Notes under the pieces: model-generated
What the model was told of the DNA's origin: nothing
What the model saw: only the letters and a program-made list of their open reading frames with translations
The model's database searches: none
Part shown: one piece after another, positions 53,028 through 64,000 of the stretch
Layout: each line of letters begins with the position of its first letter
Numbering within the stretch: the stretch's first letter is position 1
Source of the DNA: Octopus sinensis
Taxonomy: Eukaryota
NCBI RefSeq assembly: GCF_006345805.1
Contig: NC_043014.1
Location: forward strand, 51,336,001 to 51,400,000
Direction: 5' to 3'
Length of the DNA: 64,000 bases
Program-made: the position numbers and the translations under genes

Positions 53028-53030
<3 letters not shown>

Positions 53031-53040
53031 CTTACCCCCC

Positions 53041-53071
<31 letters not shown>

Positions 53072-53072
<1 letters not shown>

Positions 53073-53280
53073 AGATAAAGCTGGACCTCTTTCTGTCAGG
53101 TGTCCCAGATGAACCAACTTCGCGGCAGGAGGTGCAGATGAGGGCAGCTGCATTGAACTCTCTCATGCACCAGATGGCAATTGCTAAAAAGCATTCGTGA
53201 AGTAAAATCAAGTAGCAACACCAAATGGCGGTGCCCCAGCATCGCCACAGCTCGTGAGCTGAAACAAGATGAAAATAAAA
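53072..53280 (+). mobile_element. 5'-truncated CR1-type LINE 3' end (second copy)
   Basis: Translates KIKLDLFLSGVPDEPTSRQEVQMRAAALNSLMHQMAIAKKHS*. Highly similar to 29240-29480; flanked by (TA)n. Confidence 0.7.
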
Positions 53281-55888
53281 TATATATATATATATATATT
53301 TATTTATTTATTTATTTGTGTACGTGAACGAGTGCGACTTTGTAGATATGTGAGCTTAAGAGCAACATTAATATAGCCATGTATTAGTCTGTATATTGTA
53401 TAAAGTCGTTTCCCAATCACGATTTACAGTGATTTTGTATGATGTAGCATCTGTCATTTACATACGATTTAAAACACAGTATTGTCTGTTATAGTTTAAT
53501 GTTCAACCAGTTCTAACATTTCACAATAAACCTTTCTAACATTTGTTATTTTATATCTTCTACAACTGATACATTATTCAGTGTGTTTCGTTCTGGTGTC
53601 TATTGATGCGCTGATTTCATTCCATAACCTGCTGCTTCTCTTTTTATATTTAAATTTCCTTTATCTGACGCATTAGATTTGTCATATTTTAGTAATAACT
53701 TTACTTCTAACATACTAATAAATTTAGTTCAATCTATGAAAAAAAAAAAGACGTTATCGATTTCTCAGTGTTTTAAATATTTATTCAATGTTTCAGTGTG
53801 TTTCAATTTCTGTCCATGTTGCATAAGAATATAATAAACACCTACATATCTCTGTGTTTGTTTGGGTGTGTATAAACATGTTATTTATGCATAATGACGT
53901 GGAGCCAATGACAGTCAAGCATTCTGCTAAAGAACGGCAGCCACATCTCTTTCATTCCACACCCTATCGTATATTAAAAGTATGATATGATTCATTGGGT
54001 AACGTGAGGGTAACTGTGCCTCTCAGCTGGAAAAGACTGAATCGATTCAACCGATGTATTAAAGCTCTGATTGATAAATGCGCATCTAGGGTTCATAACG
54101 AAACCCCAGAATACCTTGTGTGCCTTAGGACCATTGAATGCTCATTTTCTATGTCCTATAACTTTCTACACGTAAGAAATGCAGCCCAACGAACAGATAT
54201 ACAATGTTGACGCCCCTGTCGATTGTATACAATGTTCTTCAAATTACGCTTGTCATCAATTAAATGTGTTTGAATTATTCAAGCATTTTGCAACTAAGAA
54301 TATAGTTTTTTTAAACTCAAAAGTACAAAATTATCTGCACAGCAACTTCTCTGATTATAAATTTAGCTTGATTATTATTGATCTAACACTGAATCGATGT
54401 TCTAGCGTTGAATATATATATATTATACAAAGCATATTTGAATATCTAAATGTTGCCGTCTTCTGAACAATCTCAATATTATTCCTACTTTAGGATCACA
54501 GCCTAAATATTTTGCCTTAAAAAACAAAGAATAAAGCAAAAACAGTTATAAGAAATTATCTGCTGTTATAAAATGCCTTAACCCATTTCTGCACTTAGTC
54601 CGACTAAGCAAACCAGCTGGGGGGTAACCAAATGCGAGGCGGAATAGATATTCCGAAGTTTCTAGAAGTTTAGCCTAATACTATAAAAAGTTGATACATC
54701 GAACTACATATTAGAACAACATGAGATGCAACACAGATCTTTCATTACATATTGTTTTGTAGTAAACGGTATCAACTATTTTATGTATACTATTCATTCA
54801 AATATTGTATATATGTTAATGCTTATGGTCCGGTTAATAAAAAAAAATATGTAAGCGAGTTTTTTTGTTAGTATGAATATTCTCACCGTCCAACATTTCC
54901 TACCAAATAAACTGGACTATAAACGATGGACTGACTACCAGGTCCACTAAAGCTGAATCTATGGCTTATATTTCAACTCTTTTGATGTAGAGATTTCACC
55001 AATATATATGTGTGTGTGTGTGTGAAATGTGAGAACCTCTGCTAGCTATACACGGAATCTAAATATATATTAACGACGGAAGTATGCTCTGCAGGGCATC
55101 ACATTCAAAATACAACAATTTATCGCAGCCATTTGATATGGAAGAATCCAAACGGAACACCTGTAAGAAGCTTCTTTACAATGCTTGCCTATAATTGTTT
55201 TTTTTTTTTGTTTTGGGTGTTTTTCTCGCTGACGATTGGTTCACGCTACAGGAAACCCTTGGGCTAGAGCCAAAACAAATATTTATATTTGTGTAAGTAT
55301 TTTATTTTCCACATATATCTGTGAGAGATTTCCTCCCACCAAAAAAAAAAAAATGTGTCATATTATAAAACGATCTACGTCTTGTATTAAACAGAACACG
55401 ATTTTACCACATAAAATATTCCGAGGAATATGCAAAGAATTGTTCGTACTCTATTCCTCACTTGTTTTCGTTACATATGTACATACGTACATATATCTAC
55501 TTACTGTTTCTACGCATGTGTGTAGATATATATATATATTTATATATGAATGTACATCTGATTGTGTGTGTGTGTGTATGTGTCTTTGTGTTGTGGTGGT
55601 TGTGATGGGGGTAAGCGCGGCCAACGCCCGTTCTAACATGGCGATTGAAGTTTTAAGGGAATACATAAATTTAGCATTTTACTTTGATCTATGAACTCAT
55701 TGATTTCAAATGGGTAAAAAAAAAATTCTAAAACTCATTCGTTTGAAATACAGACACACACGTACACATAGGCACACAAGATTTATAAATATACATATAT
55801 ATGTGTTTGTATGTGAGTATATACGTCTGTGTATACTGTACGAATAAATTAAATATATATCATATATATACGCCACATATATATATAT

Positions 55889-55926
<38 letters not shown>

Positions 55927-56212
55927 GACGTACACAAATAGATCAAACTAAACAGAAAAGATATATGTGCTTTCACAGAATATTATCTAAAATAGCATTT
56001 GATATTAATATTAGATAAAGTATGTATGTATGTGTATATATATATATATTTCACCATAAATAGATATATAAACATATATGTGTATATAAACAAATCTATA
56101 TATAGAAACATATATCTCTATCTATCTATCTATCTATCTATATATATATATAAATATAAACATATATATCTATATATATGTAAACACATATCTATACATA
56201 TATATTATAAAC

Positions 56213-56252
<40 letters not shown>

Positions 56253-56749
56253 GTATAAACATATTTATAAGTATGTGTGTGTTTATATATATGTATATAC
56301 ATAACATGCCTATGCTTGTATATAGTTATGTGACTGTGTGCATATTAGAAACTCCAAGAAGTTACATATATATATATATATATTATATATAAAGCATGTA
56401 TATATATTAATATTCATTGTTGGAAGATCAGAAAGGGGAGATCACCGATGGCTTTGTAACCACTTTGAGACTTGTGAGTTTGATTGATGTTCTTGATTTT
56501 TCGGTTTGAACTTCTCTTTGAAGAAGCATGTAGTGTAAATGTGAACAAAAAAAGCCAATTCAGGATGACTGTAACCCCACTGAGGATGCTTTAGGTAACC
56601 TGCTCATCGATTAATAATGTAAAGTATTGATAATTTTTCTCCATGTGGATGTGAGCCCTCATGTGTAATTCCAGTGTCTAAACCTTGTGTCACTTTGGTG
56701 TGTTCAGTGAAACGGACATTGTTTTCCGTTCTATAAAAAACATGAAGAA

Positions 56750-57135
56750 GGCGCAGGAGTGGCTGTGTGGTAAGTAGCTTGCTAACCAGCCATATGGTTC
56801 TGGGTTCATTCCCACAGCGTGGCACCTTGGGCAAGTGTCTTCTGCTATAGCCCCGGGCCGACCAATGCCTTGTAAATGGATTTGGTAGACGGAAACTGAA
56901 AGAAGCCTGTCGTATATATATATAATATATATATATATATGCCTGTGTGTGTTTGTGTGTCTGTGTTTGTCCCCTTAGCATTGCTTGACAACCGATGCTG
57001 GTGTGTTTACGTCCCCATCACTTAGCGGTTCGGCAAACGAGACACGATTAGTGCTGGGGTTCGATCTGTTCGACTCACACATTCAAAGCGACCCCAAAGC
57101 CTGGCCGCGGTACATTTACTGAAACAAGGAAATGA
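56750..57135 (+). mobile_element. SINE family A
   Basis: Full head GGCGCAGGAGTGGCTGTGTGG, with a more diverged tail. Confidence 0.9.
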
Positions 57136-57983
57136 AGTTCAAAAAAGAAAAGAAAATCCCTCTAGTAACCTTCAAAAGAATTCCCTTATGAAGATCTATT
57201 CGTCTCGTGAGCTAAAGTAAAATATATATTTTTTAAGTCGTGTACCGTAGGATTGAACACGAAATCGTATTATTACGAAGTGGATCTTTTAACTACATCT
57301 CAACGCCTATTATTTCTAAGTGGTAAGGTGAGACGTATACATTAGCTTCTGTCTGCCTCGTGTATCTATATTCTAGATACACATGGGACTTATATAATTC
57401 ATAAAACAAGATAAAAGTTTGGCGGAGCTTGTAGATATGATATTTTGCGCCGTAGGTAGTTCACTGTAAAACAGTAAAGGATTACGTCAGTTAGAAATGT
57501 TACCAGAAAGGGAGATGGGGGTTATGTTTGCAATTGGAGGGAAAATAGGACAAAGAATGAGATAACAAAAGCAACAGAGAAAGAATATGCGTCAATGAAG
57601 GGTTAGTATATATGCTTCACAGACACACACATACGCGCACGCAGTTACTGGTGTGTGTTTCTATAAATGTAGGTTCGAGTTCGCCGATAACCTTTGGCTT
57701 TTTGTATCCAAAGTGTTTTTAATCCAATTTTTGCAAACTATTAGTTTTAGCCATTTATGCTTCGATATTCAGTGTTCTTATAAAATACATGTATATTGTG
57801 TAGATAGGGTTAAAATCCAAGCTATCCCTCTTGAAATACCTCTGCTTATTCCAGTATACCGAATCCGTACGAAGATGTTACATTCGTGCGAGGTATACCT
57901 GTAAGTTGAACAATCTGGAATATATATTTTGCATATATCAAAATGAGAGATTAGAACAAAATATTTGGTATAATTTATTCATC

Positions 57984-58019
<36 letters not shown>

Positions 58020-58199
58020 GGAAAATTTGTTGTTGAAAATGAACCTAAATTTGAAGAACTTGTAATTGTTTAAAGACAGTCGGAATTTTTTTCAAATTTA
58101 GGTATATTTTCAACACGTTTTCCTAGATATTTTCCTGCGTGGAAATGCACCTGTTCTTTTATTATATACATTACATTTCATATATATATATATATATAT

Positions 58200-58385
58200 A
58201 TTAAGAAGCAGGATGTGATATGGAGCTAGTAGTCCGCGTAGTAATCAATTACAAAGTAATGTATTGTATTCAGTAACTGAAAATTCCAAAAATCCGAGAG
58301 AGGAAAATATTAGCATAAAGTCAAGCCAATAACAATTGTAATTCCATATAATTACAGCCGTTTCGTAATCTTTTTCCACTATGCA
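58200..58385 (-). mobile_element. PLE-type terminal fragment, related to 2510-2575 (+)
   Basis: Shared TACGAAAC(G/A)GCTGTAAT(T/C)ATATGGAATT motif in both copies; (TA)n flank. Confidence 0.4.
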
Positions 58386-58881
58386 AAAGTTTATATGTAA
58401 AAGAAAAACAAGTAGTTATCATTAAATTGATAAAAATAGTGACAGACATCTCACCAAGATCACGGAAACATCATGTTTATATCTGTGGTGTGTGTGTGTG
58501 TGTGTGTGTAATGGTTTTTTTGTGTTTTTAAGTACGGAGATATTCTGTTTCTGAAACGACGCACGGAATCAACGAGGTGAACGGAGAAACATCTAGAATT
58601 TTTCGAGACAGTCTATTCGTTCACTTGGTGCATGGAAGTAATGTCACGTTAACACAGGGTTCCACTGAAGCATATACTAAACGCATATTTGCTTTCTTTC
58701 TTTTTGTGCCATGTGATATGTTTCCTACCGAGACATACATGTAGATTTATGCATCAAACGGAAATATGGTATCATGTGCTCATACAATGAAGAACACGGG
58801 GATAAATAATGTAGATATTATATTTGTATTTACACGAAGCATTTGTTAATCTATATAGACGTATATTTATATATGTGTCGG

Positions 58882-58936
<55 letters not shown>

Positions 58937-58993
58937 GTCTATCTGTCTATTTCTCTATCTATCTGTCTATCTGTCTATCTATCTATCTATCTG

Positions 58994-59075
<82 letters not shown>

Positions 59076-59112
59076 CGCCTGTCTGCCTGCCTGCCTGCCT
59101 GCCTGCCTACCT
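58882..59112. repeat. (TATC)n/(TGCC)n microsatellite
   Basis: Direct inspection. Confidence 0.95.
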
Positions 59113-59773
59113 GCGTATACCATCACAAACGCAGAGAAATATTTAGACATTTTGTAGTCTTCTTACGTAAAATCACACTCGAAAATAAAATTCCCTATAT
59201 ATGCACACACCCTTTACATACGACGACCCTACCCATCTACTAAATATGGTTTACATTAACTTTCGAACCGCTCCTTTCTTTTATCCTGTATGTTATATTA
59301 GATACCTTACGACAGCCGTAACGATACACGCTATACACACACACACACAGAAAGCTTTTCCTATTTTATGGTTCAGGTTATGGTGTGGGGTATCGCCAGT
59401 TAAATTAACTTTATAATAGCCATTTCTACGTGGTTAGCTTTTGGCGATATTGTTGCCCTTGCTTGATTTTCTTGATGTGGGTTGATGTCATTTAGGATAT
59501 TGGGTACTAGAAGGGCAAAGATCTTATTGAACTCCTCTCCTCCCACCACCCAATTTAGGTCCCACAGGCATCATAGTGAAACATGATATGGCTGTGTGTC
59601 ATTGGATATCAGGCTATTGAATATCTTGTTTGTACTCTAGACGGGATGGGTGGGACATTTCAGCTTTTGAAAAAATATCTACACGCACATACAAGCACAT
59701 CCTCTCACAGACATGCACATCACTCCACACACACTCACTCAGAACATATGTATACACACACATGCACATAGAT

Positions 59774-60150
59774 GTACTCCGTCGGTTACGACGACAAGGG
59801 TTCCATTTGAGCCGATCAGCGGAACAGCCTGCTCGCTAAATTAACGTACAAGTGGCAGAGCACTCCACAGACACATGAACCCTTAACGTAGTTGTCGGGG
59901 AGATTTAGCCTGACACAGAGTGTGACACGGCTGTCCCGTTTGAATTACAGGTATAACAGAAACAGGAAGAAAGAGTGAGAGAAAGTTGTGGTGAAAGAGT
60001 ACAGCAGGGTTCGCCACCACCTCTGCCAGAGCCTCGTGGAGCTTTAGCTGTTTCCGCTCAATAAACACTCAAAAGGCACGGTCTGGGAATCGAAACCGCG
60101 ATTCTACCACCGCGATTCCTCTGCCCTAACCACTGGGTCATTGCGACTCC
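59774..60150 (-). mobile_element. SINE family C, tail type 2
   Basis: Reverse complement of 42677-43045. Confidence 0.85.
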
Positions 60151-60439
60151 ACACATACGGATACACATAGTCATTCATTTTACATTTTGCTTAAAATAGA
60201 TCGTGCACCAATCTACTTTAGTCTTCTTGCAAGCATCGCTGCTGATTATTTGACGAATTATGAGTTAAAATAAACAAAACTGTAAATAATTTATCAACTG
60301 AACTAGCCACCTTCTGGTTAGTTATATTCAGTAACTGTTGGTATATTATGAGCTGTTGAAGGGTGATCCACCCAAAGTATTATGTAATACTATATTAAAT
60401 ATCCTGAAGTTGCACTAAAGAGTGCTTCACCAGGTTCCT

Positions 60440-60867
60440 AATATATACGTAATGTATATATGGGTGTGTATATTTATGTATGTGTGAGTGTGTATATGTG
60501 TGCGCATGTGCGTATATGTGTTTATATATGTGAGCATATGTATGTATATGTATATATGTATACCTCTATAATATGCTTACATACATACACACACATGTAT
60601 ATAACATGGATTTAGGTGATTATGTATATATACGTATATAGATATATATGCATATATATAATAATGTATGTGTTTATATATATGTATATATATATATAAG
60701 GATGTATGTATGTATATATATGTATAAATATATAAATATGTATATATACATATATATATATGTGTGTGCTTGTATATATATGCATATATATATATATACT
60801 TATATGTAATGTATATGTGTTTATATATATATATATTATATATATATATAATATATATATATATATA

Positions 60868-60934
<67 letters not shown>

Positions 60935-60985
60935 TATATATAATATATATATATATATTTATGTATGTATATACGCGCATGCATG
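60440..60985. repeat. (TA)n/(TG)n compound microsatellite
   Basis: Direct inspection. Confidence 0.95.
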
Positions 60986-61474
60986 CGTTCATATTTTGTA
61001 GTGCACCAGACGTTTTACGTAACTCACTTCGCATCTCTTATCTGTCTGCCATCTTGCTCACACACCAATTCACAGATTTGTTCTATCTCTGCATTATCTT
61101 GAAAAAAAAAATTACATAAATATACAAATAAATAAATAAAAGAATCTCAAATAAGCAAATGCTACTAGAGATACCCCAGGCCTCTATAATCCTCCTTCTG
61201 GCATCTCCCCCATCATATCTTTTGATTCCTTGCCTCTTCCAGTCAATCGTTGGGGCTTTATTCATATGTTATCGTCTGCTTGCTCTTTCATAATATTTCC
61301 TGTGTTTGTTTCGCACCACCCTCCTCTCTCTCTCTTTTCTCTCTAGCTCTCTCCCACCATCCCTCTCTTCTCACCTCTCTCTCTCTCTACCTATTACTCT
61401 CGCTTGAATATAACTATGAATGTATATATAAGTGTATACGCACCTACGTGTGTGTGTATGTGTGTCTTTCATCC

Positions 61475-61810
61475 CTTATTTGCTTTTGTCTGCAGACTGC
61501 GGTCATGCTGGGGTACTGCCTTGAAGAGTTTGTAGATGAATGAACTGAACGTAGTACAATTTTTTTGTAAAGCCTCATACGTATTAAATCGATCTCTTTT
61601 TGCCAACCGAAATGTACAGGGACGTATATACACCAACACTGCATATCAAGAAGTAGTAAGTGACGAACGCAAATACATACACGCACCTATATCCGACGAG
61701 CTTCATTCAGTTTCCTTCAATGTATTCCACTCGCCAGGCTTTGGTCAGCCCGTTGCTATAATAGAAGACGCCCAAGGTTCCACGGCGTGGGACTGAACCA
61801 TGTGGTTGAG
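61475..61810 (-). mobile_element. SINE family A, degenerate
   Basis: CTGCGGTCATGCTGGGG..TTCAGTTTCC..GCTTTGGTCAGCCCG..GGGACTGAACCATGTGG. Confidence 0.7.
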
Positions 61811-62477
61811 AGAAAGCGTCCGATGTGATTGGGAGAATATACCTTATGAAAAAATATGCTTCAATATAACTTTTGAAAGAAGAACCAAAGTGGGTAGCGT
61901 ATACCGATATTGCTATTCTCTACTACAGGGTATAATTATAAGTCTTTGAACGTTGTATGCGGCTCAACAAACCGCGGTAAATTAGCCCAATTGGAGTACA
62001 AATGAAATTCTTGGAAGATAATAGGGACTCGTTGGACGTAACTAAAATTATATTAAAAAAAATCTTATTCTTTTTTTAAGACAGAAGTCTTTCTTCGGGC
62101 AAATGTGTATCTGTCCAATGTAAGGGACGTACAAATAGATTCAATAAACCTCTTGAATTCAAAGAATCTATGACTTTATTCCTTTCAAATAAAGGGGATA
62201 GCGTCGCCGTAAATGAATATATTATGCGGTAATTGGTTAAAAAAGTTCCCCGACCTCTGCTATACATCATAAATACTTTGTCTCTATATCCAATACCTTT
62301 GTGGATATGAATATGAGAATCAGCAGAATTTCTTTTAATCCGCTGTTGTGAGGTCCTCAGCAAGTGTCTAAGCATTCCACAGAGTAACATGCCCTTTACA
62401 AAGCTCTCTGCACGATACGACACGTGTAGTGTAATTATATGTGTGGGCGTGCGTGTGAATATATATATATATATATA

Positions 62478-62665
62478 ACGAGAAGGTTTACGAAAATAAA
62501 CAAAAGACGAAGGCAGGTGGAGTACAAACAAACAAATGTATTAGTATAGGGCTCAAGAATAGAAATAGAAAAAAGTCTTTTACGTTTCGAGCCTAGGCTC
62601 TTCGACAGAAAGATACACAGAAAAAAAACAAGGAGAGAAGTAATGCGTGTAGGAGCTAACGATCC
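62478..62665 (-). mobile_element. PLE-type terminal repeat, same family as 44797-44980
   Basis: Reverse complement reads TCGAAGAGCCTAGGCTCGAAACGTAAAAGAC...CACCTGCCTTCGTCTTTTG and abuts (TA)n. Confidence 0.6.
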
Positions 62666-62864
62666 TTCATGGCGTCCTGACTTCGGACAGTGGTCAGACG
62701 CGAGAAGGACAGTAGGGGAGATAACAGGGTCAAGTGACTTCCAAAACGAAGGTGCCCCCAACACAAAGGTGCGTGTGTGTATAACATAGTATGTATGTGC
62801 GCGTAATATTTGTAACGTACATACATACATACATATACGAGATGGTACAATCTTTAGCAACCCT

Positions 62865-63240
62865 GGCAAAAAGCTTATCAGTATTTTGTCCCTCTTTACC
62901 TTCTGATTTCAAGTTGTGTCAAGGTGGACTTCAACTTTCATACTTTCGTGGTTGGTAAATTAAGTAGCAGTGAAATACTGGGGTCTATGTAATAGACTTT
63001 TGTAGAAAGTATCATTATTATTATTACTATTATTATTAAATCGGCCAGCTAGCTGGATCAGAGAAAATGCTTAGCGATATTTCATCTGTCAATACATTCT
63101 GTGTTCAAATTCCGCTGAGGACGATTCTGTCATTGACTCCTTCGAGGTCGATGAAATAAATATCAGTTTTGCACTGGGGTCTATGCAGTCGACTATCCCC
63201 TCCCCTCAAAATGTCAGGCCTTGAGCCAAAATTTGAAATT
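62865..63240 (+). mobile_element. Two degenerate SINE family B copies separated by (ATT)n
   Basis: Core remnants at ~62870-63010 and ~63040-63240. Confidence 0.7.
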
Positions 63241-63583
63241 ATTGTAATTAGCTATAGCTGAAACATTTTAGTAGTCCCAATCGTATTATTTTTCGTTTCC
63301 CAGTTTGCCTATCATTGGATATCCAATTCAGATTTTCTCTATCCTGTTGTTTCTTTCTGTGTCTTCGTTTTTATTTCATTTTTTTTTTTTGTTTTATGTT
63401 AATTGTCCCCCCCCCTCTCTCTCTTGCTTGGTCGGCCTTTGTCTATAGACATACGAACAATCAATGCTATAAATAGACAAACACGCATGCGTGAACTGGT
63501 ATATATAAATACGTACACACATAAAAACATTTTTCAACGCGTATGCGTACATATATCTTTCTCTTATTTTATCTTATCGCATG

Positions 63584-63626
<43 letters not shown>

Positions 63627-64000
63627 CTAACCGTTGTTTTTGCCTATCTGTGTATATATACACACACACACGCGCGCAAGGGCCCACACGCGTACATGTA
63701 TTCATTGATTTATAGGCATACGCTCGCACATATAACGATGTGGGTTTGTGTGTGTTAGCTTGTAAACCGCATCACAACAGCTGCATCTCGAGACAAGATA
63801 TCCAGATAGATCAGAGGGTTTTTATTATCCAAGCGGAAATGTAAACAGGGATTGCGTTTGCCAACATGTATGAAAGGGTCAGGAATTTGTGACCCTCAAA
63901 TGTGTAGAGGAGAGATATGTTTCTGCAGATAATTTTGAGCTATTTCAGAAAACATTAAATTTATTACACAATTTCTTTCTTTTTCTCGTTCTCTCTTTCT

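Noticed and set aside
528-63630. ORFs of the six-frame track as protein-coding genes
   Set aside because: They are YI/CV/SL-type translations of microsatellites, SINE read-throughs, or short chance ORFs with no recognisable domain.
1-64000. Conserved bilaterian miRNAs, rRNA or snRNA genes
   Set aside because: No mature sequence I recognise was seen by eye; an Rfam/MirGeneDB search would be needed to exclude them.

Overview
AT-rich eukaryotic non-coding DNA, almost certainly one large intron or intergenic interval. The SINE families and the very dense (TA)n/(TATG)n/(CA)n microsatellites suggest an octopod (Octopus-like) genome; this is inference. None of the ORFs in the supplied track is a credible protein: they are microsatellite or SINE read-throughs. 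The window holds three tRNA-derived SINE families (several nested, with target-site duplications), 3' stubs of a CR1-type LINE sharing its tail with one SINE family, a decayed Penelope-like element with a recognisable GIY-YIG endonuclease, PLE-type terminal fragments (two with a minimal hammerhead-ribozyme signature), mariner, pogo and hAT MITEs, a solo-LTR-like segment, long fold-back palindromes and a near-identical 3 x ~750 bp tandem duplication. The most notable signal is a candidate recursive splice site on the + strand at 35303-35310: a ~183-nt AG-free zone, a pyrimidine tract, TTTCAG|GTAAGT, and a second donor 45 nt downstream. This implies a very long + strand host intron. A separate minus-strand exon candidate lies at ~26.5-27.0 kb. 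Repeat boundaries were read by eye and are approximate.
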